DNA of 59,164 nucleotides, the filler included, from Dugesia japonica (taxonomy: Eukaryota): the NCBI GenBank assembly GCA_001938525.1. It is 5 parts of 5 records of this genome, joined end to end, with 100 filler letters (N's around TTAATTAATTAA, not from the genome) between each part and the next. Parts side by side here need not be neighbours in the genome. Positions count along the whole stretch, not along the records: positions 12,333 to 24,699 come from MQRL01584451.1; positions 24,800 to 35,037 come from MQRL01299711.1; 3 more parts are not named here. The stretch is one strand, 5' to 3'. Of this stretch, positions 12,603-25,734 are shown piece by piece. The position numbers and the translations under genes are program-made. The notes under the pieces were generated by a model. It was not told where the DNA came from, searched no databases, and saw only the letters and a program-made list of their open reading frames with translations. The first letter of the stretch is position 1, and each line of letters starts with the position of its first letter.

Positions 12603-12963
12603 TTACAAAAGATCTATCGCCTCAGAGTTAAACTACTACGCGGGCTCGTCGTTCAAAAATTCAAACGCGGCGGAATCATCATCACTGTTACAAGCGGCTT
12701 AACTCTCAATTTCCAAGCCTTTATTTGGTTCCGCAATATATAGCTTCAGGAAATTTACCTAATTACATAGTTGATTGTTGGTGTGGTTTAAGATTTCCAT
12801 CTGTTTTTTAAGTACGATCTCAAGCTTTTTTATCAGGTTATTTTTTGTGAAAGATACTTAAGAAGTGATCGTTCGCATTTCTTGGAAAAGTGAATCTATA
12901 TAATAAACTTTGTTAACAGTTTATGACATCGACGTAGGGAATTTGGCAAACCGACTCTGGGCA
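12603..12963 (-). pseudogene. LTR cassette block D' (coiled coil + acidic tail)
   Basis: CTTCTTTAG|TG then PRVGLPNSLRRCHKLL...LLKYLSQKNNLIKKLEIVLKKQ...DDSAAFEFLNDEP..FNSEAIDLL*; homologous to 44471-44853; internal stops. Confidence 0.85.
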
Positions 12964-13089
12964 CTAAAGAAGAGGAGATGAATAAAGTAAATCAATATTA
13001 AAAATAATTAAAACACTACAATGTTAGATAAGTATGATATTTAACAGAACAAGTTAACATTGACATGTATTTTTCTGAATGGTATAATT

Positions 13090-13415
13090 AAATTTCTATT
13101 TTGGGTCGCTTTATCTAATAGTAGAGGTTCCACTGGAATACGCTTGCGCAACTCTAACAAATCGGTTACCAGTTTCTTTTCACGGTCATGGAGAGACCGG
13201 CTAACCTCGGCGAAAAACTCGAGTTGTCGTTTCCATACTTGCTCCTGGTCATATGGCCTTTGGCCTCGAGCCTATATTTTTTACATCGCTGTTTAGTTCG
13301 ATTGGTTTTAGTATTTTCTGCAGCCTTTTAGTAGAGATCCCATGTCATGTCTATGTCTTCGCTATCCTCTATCATTTTTTATGAAGAGCGACGGAACAGG
13401 AATGCGAAGTAGACA
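13090..13415 (-). pseudogene. LTR cassette block C'
   Basis: TCTTTTCAG|TG then KKMIEDSEDIDMTWDLY...EQVWKRQLEFFAEVSRSLHDREKKLVTDLLELRKRIPVEPLLLDKATQ; homologous to 43968-44328. Confidence 0.85.
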
Positions 13416-13884
13416 CTGAAAGAGACAATGATTAAGAGATCGTAAAAGATACTCAATTAATTTTTTAAATGTAACACGCATTTTCTACAAAAAGTTAAAT
13501 CAATCGTGGTTAAAGATTTAAATTATCCAGATAGAAGAAATAGAACTGAAATGAGACTTCAAGAACGCCTAATTTATTTATACGGAACAATGAATTAATG
13601 ATAGCAAAAGATAATGCATAACTTGTATGTGGATAATGATAGAACATTGAATATTTAACTCTGAACGAAATTACTTTTCAATGTGTGGATTTATTAATTA
13701 AATTAAAGATAGAATGAAATATTTTGAAAATAGGAAATTTTCGACCAACTTAGACTATCAAGAATGAAGCAAAACTAAATTTATATAAAAATTACATTGA
13801 ACTGCAACGACAAGGATCACTAGTGATTCCCCGGATAATCCTACATGTCAGGTGAAGAGGCCGGAGTGAAAGTTGGCTCGGTAG

Positions 13885-14075
13885 TCAGATAGGGCCACCG
13901 CTGATAAAACCAGCATTCGGTGGTGTCAAGCTGTCGTTGAAAGATGGCCTTGGGTGGGAGGAGGTTTTCCTGTCCACTGGAATTCCCACATTCCTGTTAA
14001 AGGGGTTCTGAATGCGACGAAACAATACTAGACTCGTGGCTTCGACCAAAACTACCTGCCATCTGGATTTAGTCA
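13885..14075 (-). pseudogene. LTR cassette block B'
   Basis: TTGTTATAG|TG then TKSRWQVVLVEATSLVLFRRIQNPFNRNVGIPVDR, versus WDVTLDTRSGLTTFKKFRNLYNQDAGILVDR at 43407. Confidence 0.75.
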
Positions 14076-14214
14076 CTATAACAAATAAATGAGACGATTA
14101 TACATAGTTGAAATAGAAGATTTTATGAATTTAAAACATGAAAAAAATAACATCAAATTTAAAGTGAAATATATTTGTAATGCAAGGTTAATTTATGTAT
14201 TAATAAGGGTCTGT

Positions 14215-14460
14215 TCATCATTTGTTAACAGAGGGTTCCAGATGAAACATTTCGGCAAAGCATGACAGATTGGTTTCGTCTGGGTCCTCAATTCGCCCCA
14301 AAGGTAGCTTATTAACAATCAGTTGTGGTCGTTACACTATTTCTCTTTCACGACGGATCCATCGAAGGTGGTGAGCAGAGTACGAGTGTTGGGGTTTTAC
14401 CTTAGGTCGGTTAATTTTTTATATCACTAAATCTAGAGGTCGAATTTTGTGTAAAATTTA
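14215..14460 (-). pseudogene. LTR cassette leader remnant and block A'
   Basis: LHKIRP and the donor AAG|GTAAAACCCC (14400), then HLRWIRRERE...EDPDETNLSCFAEMFHLEP; homologous to 42969-43258. Confidence 0.75.
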
Positions 14461-17301
14461 ATTTCGAGCCATTGACCTGGTAAAACCCGGCGATGAATTT
14501 GAATCTGGTGTCCCCAAAAAATCTAGATTTTCGGAATGGAGCCGTTGACTCGGAGTCCGAGTACAGACTCGCACTTCTTTGGTTTGGGTCGAAATTTCAT
14601 GATACTCGCTTGAATTACAAATTATACTTATTACTTATCTATCTTTAGCTTATTAGACTTCAGCTTATAACTTGATCATCAGGATTCTCGTATCAATTAG
14701 TGAAGTTCTAACTAATTAAAATCTTTTCGTATTAGCGATTAAACAATTTTAACGGAGTTTAATTACTGCTTGTAGGTTAAAAACTAATACCCTATTGTTT
14801 TACTGTTATAAGAAATAGCAGAATTCAACGAGTGAAAAAATTATATTCTAAATTTTATGGTTACTAATACATAAATTTAACAATTATAACAAACAACTAA
14901 CGTGGCTGAATCCCGATCTGGAGCAAGCACAAGTCCGAAATCGTTACACTCGATGAATAACAAAATTTACCGTTTTTAATCAATAAATTAAATTGTATTT
15001 GTTACACTGGGTAAATTAGCTNNNNNNNNNNNNNNNNNNNNNNNNNNNNNNNNNNNNNNNNNNNNNNNNNNAATAACAAAATTTACCGTTTTTAATCAAT
15101 AAATTAAATTGTATTTGTTACACTGGGTAAATTAGCTAAATTTTTTATGAAAATGCATCGGTATATATACCGGTTTATCTTCCCACCCCCATTCCGTATA
15201 TTGGTTATTCGGAGTCTTACAATTTTTCTGACGTTTCTATTGGCTTGAACGTCTCGTGAGTTCTTTTTATTGGTGGTTATTTTAGGATTTCCAAATTATT
15301 GGTCAATCTTCAAACCCTTATAACTTTTTTCCTTTTCTTGCCATGATTTTCTTACTCTGATTTTTTAATTCACCGATGTTTTCTCGATCAGAAACTTTTA
15401 AATTGATAATTTTGGCACCACCGGAAGTCGTCGTTTTTGCCATTTTTCACGAAATGATTATTTTTCTTTTAAAAATAATTTATTTTAAATTNNNNNNNNN
15501 NNNNNNNNNNNNNNNNNNNNNNATTTATTTTATTTAAATAAATAAATTATTTATTTTATTTTCTTGGTGCATCTTAATTAAGTGTTTGTTTCTTTGTTTC
15601 TTGATTAATTTTTTAATCTAATTTCACTGTTTTCTTCTATTAATTAATTCATTTAATTAATTTTTTATTACTAATATATTATATCCATGTGATTTTCTTG
15701 ATTTCGACTAATGCAATAATGGTTAATCATTAGTTTTTTGTCGTCCTGCCACATCTTNNNNNNNNNNNNNNNNNNNNNNNNNNNNNNNNNNNNNNNNNNN
15801 NNNNNNNNNNNNNNNNNNNNNNNNNNNNNNNNNNNNNNNNNNNNNNNNNNNNNNNNNNNNNNNNNNNNNNNNNNNNNNNNNNNNNNNNNNNNNNNNNNNN
15901 NNNNNNNNNNNNNNNNNNNNNNNNNNNNNNNNNTTGTTTGGATTACCGCTTCTTTACTTTGTTGGCTTTTTATTTCCTCGTTATCTCCTGCTGTATTTTT
16001 AGTTCTTGCGTCCTTCACACGAATTTTGGCCTTCTTATCCAATTTTGGCTTTCGTCATTCTTCTCTCAAACTAGATTGTGCCCTTCTTGGATCCGATTTC
16101 TTCATTTTCTTTTCTTATGTAGATTTTTCGAATTTCATGCTTACTCACGTCATTTTACCCACCTCAGGCTGGTGTTTCACCCCAACACTAGGAATAACAC
16201 TAAAAAGGCAATGATAAAATTTCGAAACTGAAAAGGTCGGTTAAGTAACTATGAAAAATTGCTGGAAACTTGATTTTAGGAATCAAAATAATAGTGATTA
16301 TGAATAGAAGAATGACGGATAAATTTAATTTACGCTAAATCAATAATATTGCCAGCGCCAACTGCTGGGCGCAAAAGGACCACCGTAACGATAGACATAC
16401 TAGTTGAAATCCTCAAAGGAGGTTCGCAAGTACATTAGTATTAATTGTAGTTGTAGCATCGTCACAGGTTAATAATTTCAATATTAATCAGTAGGTTGTT
16501 CCTGATAGTAATAATAACAAAGGCAATAATAATGATAATTATAATAAATGTACGGGTAAACAAAGTATCATTGCTGACAACGGCACTAAGGGTAATCTCG
16601 ATGATAGAATCAACCCTGCAACCTGCCAAAAAGCCGTTCAAAGTAATTTTTTAATGTTTAATTTATATTTATTATATTTTAACAGTATTTCTGCTATAGA
16701 CAAAAGTTTAAGTTTTAAGTTTAAGAGCTACACTATTTAATATTGTAAGTTTTTTATTAATAAAAATTTCTGTATTTTTAAAATTTTTATTATGTAAATT
16801 AATTTTTAATGGTTTTTAATAATTATTAAGTTAAAATTTTTTGTAATAAAGTATATTTATATGAAGAATTTTAGATATTAAATTAGAGTAGAAGAAATTG
16901 AAAAAATTATATTAAACAATATTATTAAACAATTATTAAACAATTATTAAACAATTAAAAATAATAATTAAACAATTATTATTAAACAATTATATTAAAC
17001 CAATATTAAACAACTTTTAATCGGTACTTTACCAACTAATTTGTTTCAAGTCCATTTAATACATAAGAATTACTTTTAATTTAAGATTATCATTTTCTAA
17101 TACTTTTTATTGATTATAATATTGATTTTGATAAATAAATTTGTTTTGCAAGCAGTTTTCAGGAAATTTTTAAAAATGACTTTCTTTAATGGTTTTTACT
17201 GTTAAAGAATAATGAAAGCTATTTAATTTTTAGTGAAAATTCATTTGTTCATTTTCATAACAAATTTAGTTTATTGAAAAATTATTACTTTATTAAATAT
17301 A

Positions 17302-17643
17302 TCAAAAACTTTGAAATTCGAAAAATTCTGTTAATATTAGATCCTCATTTCGATTTGCTATAAATTTCGTTAACATGTTATTAATTGAAAATAATACTTT
17401 TGATTTCAACAACAAATTTATTCTATCTAAATTCAAAAAATTCAAATCCAAACTTTAGATATTTGCAATAGTTATTTTTGTTATCCAATACACTGTAGTG
17501 CACTCTGACAAAGACTTTTTAAAATTAAATTTAAAACGAAGAGTTATTAAACATCTAAAATTTTTAAGTTCAAAGACCAAAACTACTTATACATTTTTTA
17601 AAGGATTAGTTTGGTAAAATGTATACTTTACGAGAAAATTCAT
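17302..17643 (-). pseudogene. 113-codon ORF with two in-frame TAA, related to the repeats at 2330-3349 and 7130-7216
   Basis: TATAAAA upstream, AAAATG start, MNFLVKYTFYQTNPLKNV*VV..., ends TGA followed by AATAAA. A plus-strand frame is also nearly open, so the strand is uncertain. Confidence 0.35.
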
Positions 17644-19293
17644 TTTACAACCTTTATTTTATAGCTGTTAAACTTTTATAAACTTAATAATTTTTTGATA
17701 AAACTGTGTGTATGTATGTGTGTGCTTGCTGTGTGTTGGTTTATTTTTTCTTTCCTTTTTAGATTTCTATATTAAGTTCATCTATTAAACTTTTAAGTAA
17801 GATTTTATGTATATAAATTTAATTTTCTTATATTATAGGGATCCAATCAAAATCAAGCAATTTATTATAAGGTAAGAATTTGATTGTCACAATTCACTTG
17901 GTTAACTTTGTTTAGTGTAGTTATGCAGTCCATTACACACAACGTCTCTTATATGAAAGGCATTATCTGAAAAGTGTGTGTCGTAACTATCAACAGACTC
18001 TTCTGTAATGACTCATCCAGGCCAAACATATGTAACATCATTAATTTATCGTGGAGTTAAATTTTCCACCATATATGACTTACTTCGCTCGGAGCAAATC
18101 TCATATACAAAGAACAAAATGAGAAGTCGCTGTTCTTGTCCTATTTTGATTAACAGAGATACATGGTGAGATTACTGGAAATATTAAATCTATTAAATCT
18201 AGCAAGGAATTTCGGGCATTATGAGAGAACATATGCTGGGACGATCACTAGTTCTTTCTTTTCTCTCGTGGTTTGGATCAAGGATTTGCTTAGGAATAGT
18301 ATGGTTGCAACAGGAATGTGATATATTAATAACATAAGGGGGCGAGCGAGTTTGGAAATTTATTATTCCTCGTAACTGAGAAATCCCATTGATGAATCTA
18401 GGAACATGGCTATAAATTTTATAATAAATATAAAAATAAAGAAATATAAGAGTCTATTATTTTAATATATATTGATCGATTCAAAACGAACAATTATGAA
18501 TAAAAGATATAATTAAAAATTCATCTCACTTTTAAAGAGGAAAACTCTTTCGCTTTCTGCAACGGGTTTATCTTAAAAAATGACTCGATTTCGGTACAAA
18601 ATATTCTCTTCCCAATAGGTAAGTATTACTATGCTGCCACTAAATTTCCTTTTTCCTTGCTGATATATCCGATATAGAGATTTTTTCTTAAAAACTAGTC
18701 TATAGATTTTTTCGTAATAATAATTGCTGATTTCTACTGATTTTGGAGGGGGTTTTTTACCATTTTTGTGGCACAATATCAATGGCGAAGATAAAAATTT
18801 CTATGTAGATCGCCTCAAGCCAACAATCAATTCTATAGAAATTAGTCCATAATTCTGGTCGATGCAGTGTTGCGTCACAAATATCATTGGTTTTAATTAA
18901 CTATTTGTAATATTAAATAAACTTTTGAAATTCAAACCATGATGTTTATCTTATTATGAAAATGAAAAATAATTTAGAACCCAACAATTATTATAATAAT
19001 TATTATTTTAATTATTATTATTTTAATTATTATTATTATTTATAAATTTTATTATTAATATGGTTATAATTATAATTACATAATTATATATGTTATTACT
19101 TGAACGAAGCATTTTTTACAGCAAATCATGTATGAAATGTGTTCAGTTTTTTGTTCTGAGTTTAACGATACCAAACTTATTTCATTATCATAAATATTTT
19201 TAGTGTAAGAAAATTCTTTTTTCCAAAGTTGGACATGGTAACCGGTAATTTTCTATATTTTCAACTAAGCAAATTTATAAAGCAAATCCTATA

Positions 19294-19590
19294 CCATCGG
19301 TTCCCAAACTGTGGTGCTCAAACCACTGGTGATACGCAAACAGACGATAAGTGGTTCGCCAAAACATTATTTAATTTAAATATTTTTTATTTACCAAATT
19401 AATATTTAATTGAATTTCTAAATTAACCGTAAGCCTTAAATTAACGAAAATTTCACCAAATGTGAAAATATTTTGTGCACTGAAACCAGCACATTTAACT
19501 TAAATTTTGGGCAAAGAAAAAATAGGTAGTTCGCTAAATTTTTTTTGACCATTAGGTGGTACGTGAGCAAAGAAAGATTGGGATACCTTG
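19294..19590. mobile_element. Degenerate hAT (Charlie/Buster-type) MITE
   Basis: Ends CATCGGTTCCCAAAC ... ATTGGGATACCTTG resemble CAGTGGTTCCCAAAC TIRs. Confidence 0.5.
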
Positions 19591-19849
19591 TCCTGTATGA
19601 AATATGTTGCAATTGCAATCATAAAAAGTATTTACTATAAGTTTTTTATATAGCCTTATTAGTTATATATGGAAAAGTTTCATGCTTTTATGATTTTTTA
19701 AAGTAAAGTTCCACAGTTATGAATTTTTTTTAAAAATTCCCCACTTATGAATTATTTGTTAAAAAAGTTTCATATTTATTATTTCTTATAGAAAAATTAC
19801 ATACTTTTAAATTAATTAATTTTAATTAACTTATTTAAATTTTTGACAT

Positions 19850-20804
19850 ACACAGAAATATCAAGACTACAAAATTTCTTGCTAAATTTCAACACCGCCC
19901 AATCTCAAAATTATCAAGACTGTCCGATCTCTTGCAAAAATATTAAGACTGACCAATCCCATACAAAAATATCAAATCTACTCAAAAATACAATTATTTT
20001 TCATAGAACATCATTTTAAATAAATTTATCATTTTATTTAAAAATCAACATTTTTCAAAAAATTATTACGTCAACCACACCCCACAGAAAAAAATTCATT
20101 TAAATCTTATTATTAACAATAATGAATTACCTGTACACTCATACCAGTTTCCCTCGAAGGAAAAATTTCTTTAACCTCATTATACTACTTACAAAGATTA
20201 ATCAATCAAATTATCGACTAAAAATTCCTCAACTCACCACCACTTATACACTACCATACCTCCCATCACATCACTTTTTCAAAAAGCCATCACACACCAA
20301 AATCTGTCAACTACCAACAGCCCTATACCAATTCAAAAAATCAACGCGCGATAACTCGTACGATGTGCCAGTGCGCGACCCCCCTTGTATACAAACCATC
20401 CATCCTACCCCATAAGGCCTTTAGACAATGTATGGACAGAACTTTAGTCCTGACACGCCCATATCATAAAACCCACATAAAAATTAAATCCAAGATCTAC
20501 AAACCTCCCTCTAATCCACTTTTACTCTTACACACACGCCAACATACACACATCACATACATTTAACATACTTCAATTTAACCACCTTTACTTTCCAAAC
20601 ACATAGAAATTTGAAAAAATAAAATTTTACCCGACTCGCCCGCCCAGGATTCAAAATTCATGATCCGATCAAAACTTTTATGATTTCATAAATCTTTTAA
20701 AAAATCCACGATGAAACATACCAAAATTCTGTCACAACTATATGATTTATCACGAGGGCTTCTCGATAATAGGGCATGTGCTAGTGCGCCACTATCTACC
20801 TACT
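19850..20804 (-). mobile_element. Polinton terminal repeat region (right end at 20804)
   Basis: Ends GTGCGCCACTATCTACCTACT, the reverse complement of AGTAGGTAGATAGTGGCGCAC; the inner boundary is approximate. Confidence 0.6.
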
Positions 20805-20973
20805 GTTCCTTGGAAGTTGATTTTATGGATCAACCAAAATATCTTATTCCTGTTGTTAATGTGCACATTAGATTGAAGANNNNNNNNNNNNNNNNNNNNN
20901 NNNNNNNNNNNNNNNNNNNNNNNNNNNNNNNNNNNNNNNNNNNNNNNNNNNNNNNNNNNNNNNNNNNNNNNNN

Positions 20974-21012
<39 letters not shown>

Positions 21013-23469
21013 TAAATATTTTCAAAATTACGAAAATAAACTAAGGCGTAGATCGAAAAAGTTTCAAAAAATGTTTCTTTTTAAAATTTTTATTAAAGTA
21101 ACAAAACAATTTTCAAAAAAAATGTTTATTATTTTTTTCCAAATTTTCGATTTTATCTTCTTCAGGAATTGCCAATTCCAGAAGAAGATAAAATCGAAAA
21201 TTTAGAAAAAAAATAAAAATCGTTTTTTTGGTTTTTGATAATAATTCTAATTTTTGACTTTTTCTTCGTCAGGAATTGACAAAAATTGAAAAGTCTTATC
21301 CTAACGAGGACAAAATCGAATATTAGAATTATTATCAAAAAGAAAAAACAAATTTTGATCGAAGCTTTTATTTTAATTAATAACAATAATATTAATAATA
21401 ATAATAAGAAGAAGAATAAGAATAATAATATACATTAATATGATTATTACTATAAATTTTTTATTAAGCGTATTATTTTGGTCTGTAAATTCAAAAGTTT
21501 ATACAAACTTATCTCAGTAAAATCAAAAAAGTAACTTTAATTATATTTTATATACACAATTTTGATGACAATACAAATGATTATTAAATTCTGTAATTTT
21601 CCATACTTATTAACTTATTTAATCATAAAATTTGGAAGTCATGAATATTAAATAATGATTCATTAATGAGGTTACTTTGATATTTATTCAATGAGATCAA
21701 GTAGAATAACTTTAATAGATAAATAAACAAATTCTGATCTGTTATTTAAAACGTTATTATGTAACAATTTCAGAAATATTTTATATTAAAATGTTTTTTA
21801 TCAGAATTTCAAAATCATTTTTTTATAATTCCAATATTTCAATAATTGTTTTTTGTTAAGAAATAATTAATTAATGGAAAAAAAAATATTTCTGCAGCTG
21901 TAAAATGAAACATAATTCTTTGTAAACAAAAATAATCGAACAGTAAATTTAGATTTTTAATTTTAAAAATTGAACTTAAAATAAAATTAAGTCTTATTAC
22001 TAATAGAAAAATATCTTTGAAAACAATTCATTTTTATCTATTTATTTTGTCAAAAATATTATCCATTGACTTGTTTTTCTTTAAAAAACTAAAGTAAACT
22101 TACAAAACACTTTCGACATTTATAAAATATATTAAACTAGTAATGAAGATGAACTTGTAATAACCTCATCATATCGATCAGATATTGAAATATGATCAGA
22201 ATATCCAATAAATAACATCTCAATTGTATTTCCTAAATAAAAGTGACTCTGAAACATTTTTGGATATAATAAATCAGAAGTCTCAAACGCAAACGATTTC
22301 TCGAACCGCTTTGGCTAAAGTATACTGGTCAACTAATGATGTAACTGTGTATGATGTAACTGTGTATGATGTAAAATGTAAACTTTAATACTTTATAAAG
22401 TGTTGATATATTTTTACTAGCCCAGCTAAATCATTGTGGGTCGCCTTTAAACACGATTTATTTCCTACCAGATAAAGGTACATCTCTACAAGCGTATATT
22501 TAGATTGTTTTATTTGCTTTTCAAGACGAATTCTACCAGTAACATAAAGCAAAAATAGTTTGACAAGTTCCACTTAACCAAATACTTTGCAATTTTTTCG
22601 CGTATTCCAAAATTACTTTCAATGATTTTGTGATGTTTTATTCATTGCTTGATGAATATTTCCAGCTGAGTATCTAAGTTCATCTTCAATTTTATATTTC
22701 ATCTTATTAAGTTTCCTGATGTTTTATTCTTTTATAATTACAATTATTGTGAGAATAATTGTTGGACTTAACCATTGATCGCATTTGAGATTTCATTAAA
22801 ATAAGATAAGGCTTCGATCCAAACAAAATTTATTTGTAAAAAAGTTCAAATTTTCGACAATAGTCTTCTTCAGGAACATTCTTTGTTCGTTGAAGTAGCA
22901 TGCATAGGTACATCCGAGCGCATCGGAAAAATACCTTTTCCTATTCCTAAAGACAAAGATTCCTAAAACTGTCATTCGTATTCAGTTTAAAAGAGCTGAA
23001 AATTTGAATTTTTTGTATAGATATATTATTTGAATCATTAAAGTTATTATTTAAATCTGTATACAACTAAACCAGCTTTACATCAAAATAATTGACAGCA
23101 AAATATCTTGTGTTAGCCGAGTTTTCTATTAAGTGAGTTTTTTGAACATAGATGCATATTAGTTTGCAAGAAGCAAAACGTGAAATGACAAAGCTTTAAC
23201 ACAACACATGCACACAAGTAACACTGTTAGATTAGCAGCTTGGATACTGCAAATTGAATAGTAAATGAATTTGAGATTTTTCCAAAAGTGAATTTTCTCT
23301 GTTTACATGATAACGCAACCCTAATATTAATGAAGCAATATCAAATTATACATTACAGATACGTTACAAACATAGCACTGTGTGTATATGTATTTGCGCG
23401 CGATTGTCTTTACCTAATGCTATAAGAATCTTATGCATTTACTGAAGTAGTCTGTATTTCCGAAATTTT

Positions 23470-24200
23470 TTTTTGTCCACTTGTTTCTCGCTTTGGTCCA
23501 CATTTGCATGTTATAAGACTTTAAAAAAATTCGCAGATTCTAATTTCTTTGTTTTCTCCTTAGTTGCTGTCGACACTACTTTAGTCTTCTGCCAAAGCTA
23601 TTAACTAACTCCTGTATCTGCCTCCACAAATTCTTTGCAAAGTATTCGCTCTCATATATACGTATATCTTTTCAGCTCTAACATGATATAATTACTGATA
23701 TATTTCTGTTTTACATATTTTGTCATCCAGAAATTTTATTTTCTTAATTGAATCTTTTTCTTCGGAAATGTTTAATTATTCTTTATCTTTTTCCAATGTC
23801 TTAATTTTTCCTTTCTTGGCATTACCGAGTGAGATTAGACATGGTACACATACTTAACATCTTGGTCTAGATAACATATTTGAATTTGCATGTTGAATTT
23901 CTCTTCATTATATAACATCATGTCTACACTACTGAGATAATTAATCCATGTCTGGAATTGTGACTTAATTGGTTTCTTCATCGTCATAATAGAAGCAAAT
24001 ATTTTATGATATATCTCAAGATTAAATCTTCAACCGTGAAAGTAAGGTTTGAAATGTATGCAGAAATATTGAACAGCGAATAACTCTGCTTCGTGCGAAA
24101 GTCATTGAATGTGATCCATTTTTAAAAATCTTTTCTTTTCCTTATTTATTTCTCTGTGACGAAATTGTATCAAAACTGGTGTCCGTATTTAATATAAACA
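23470..24200 (-). pseudogene. Gypsy pol fragment (RNase H / integrase)
   Basis: IMTMKKPIKSQFQTWIN, YFHG.RFNL and a GSH motif; many stops. Confidence 0.75.
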
Positions 24201-24699
24201 TTCTATTTATGTCTAGAAAGCACAATATAGGCGCAGTCATTAGAGCTTTCTCCAGATCCTCGAAGATATCGTTTATTTAATCTCTGTATTCTAACTTTTA
24301 GTAAACTGATTCGCCACACGACTGTTCTAAGATCCTGGATTTTCTTGCGCAATTTTCTAAAAAACTTTCTATCGTACAAATAAATACAAATTAATATAAT
24401 AAAATAAATAAATAAAAATAAGTAAATATAATAAATACAAATATCAAAGAAATTTCGTAACTTCTTGACACAGTTGGGTTTGTCAAATGGTCTTTGTAAG
24501 GTCGATTTCAAATGTCTGAGATTTTTTAATTTTTATATATATTACATATTTTAAAATTTATTTCTGAAACTTTCAAATATTATTGAAAAAAGTGAATATA
24601 AATTTTAAAATTGTAAGTAGTTTCTTCAGAATCTTTTATTTTGTTATTTGTTTCCATAAAAATTAACTCTTGAGTTGTAAAATAATATATTTCATAACA

Positions 24700-24799
24700 N
24701 NNNNNNNNNNNNNNNNNNNNNNNNNNNNNNNNNNNNNNNNNNNTTAATTAATTAANNNNNNNNNNNNNNNNNNNNNNNNNNNNNNNNNNNNNNNNNNNN
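24700..24799. other. Artificial contig-joining spacer
   Basis: N44-TTAATTAATTAA(24744-24755)-N44. Confidence 0.95.
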
Positions 24800-24829
24800 G
24801 GTGTTTATGTGCGCCACTATCTATCTACT
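24800..24829 (-). mobile_element. Polinton terminal repeat end abutting a Gypsy gag
   Basis: GTGCGCCACTATCTATCTACT, the reverse complement of AGTAGATAGATAGTGGCGCAC. Confidence 0.65.
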
Positions 24830-24844
24830 GTCATTTCAATATTC

Positions 24845-25400
24845 TTAGAACCTCAACAACAAAGAATGTCCGAAGTTATGGAGACGTGGTACAGAAGAGA
24901 CAGTTGAGAGATACAAATATGAAAATAAATAAATATGATGAAAATAGACATATTTCAGTTTGTTGGACATGCCAAAAGCCAGTGCATATAAACAGAGATT
25001 ACCAAATGAAAAGAAGTATTCAATGCTATGAATGTGGAGCATTGGGACACATGCGCAGAGAATGCCAAACAATTCATTGTGGAAAATGTCTTTAACGGGG
25101 ACATAAAACAGCAGAATATTACACAAATTTAGAAAGAAGACAAAAAGCGAGAATAGTTGCTAATATAAATTATAAGATACATAATAAATTTAGAAATTAG
25201 ATTAATGAGACTAGAGATTCCATGAACAGAGATCAACAGAGGAACAGGCGAAGCCTAAAAATTATAGCAGCAATTGGTTCTAATTGGGATACAACCGAAG
25301 AACAAGCAAATGCACTAACTGGATAATATGAAGCAATGGAGTATCCAAAAGGTTATGCTCCTTCCAGAGAGGTGATAGTTGGAGCAATATTATTAAGTAG
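24845..25400 (+). pseudogene. Gypsy gag C-terminus with three CCHC zinc knuckles
   Basis: CWTCQKPVH, CYECGALGHMRREC, CGKCL.RGH; ends YPKGYAPSREVIVGAI, paralleling the gag end at ~29020-29075. Confidence 0.85.
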
Positions 25401-25734
25401 TTTTTATGTTGAGAATGATTTTGGCCATAATAATGTAAATAAAATAGAGTATTTTAATTTAAATAATAGTAAAGTTAAAATTTCATCTAGTAATAAATTT
25501 TATAATATGTATAGTAATAATTTTTTGATTTTTAAATATGATAATTATCTTGTAAATAATAATGATGACAACAATAATGAACACAATAAANCGTTAGATA
25601 ATAATGAGTATAAGGAAATAATTATTATTAAATATTTTTAACCAATAGAAAGTGAGTAATTTCCGTATTAAGTTTTGACCTGTTCTTTTCAATGATAATT
25701 ATTTTGAAATAGAGTTTTAGTAGTAAAATCAATA

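Larger units (their letters stand above)
12405..16187 (-). mobile_element. Large Gypsy LTR (diverged relative of 40176-45100) carrying the same gene cassette
   Basis: Begins TGTTGGGGTGAAACACC on the minus strand at 16187; 12405-12475 aligns with 45000-45070; the last ~30 nt are lost in a (TAT)n tract. Confidence 0.85.

Noticed and set aside
14955-15138. Exact ~67-bp direct repeat
   Set aside because: The two copies flank an N gap, typical of an unmerged contig overlap.
16913-17010. ATTATTAAACA short tandem array
   Set aside because: Ordinary low-complexity slippage repeat.
22140-23300. Possible decayed transposase
   Set aside because: Protein-like fragments, but no motif, TIR or TSD I could identify.
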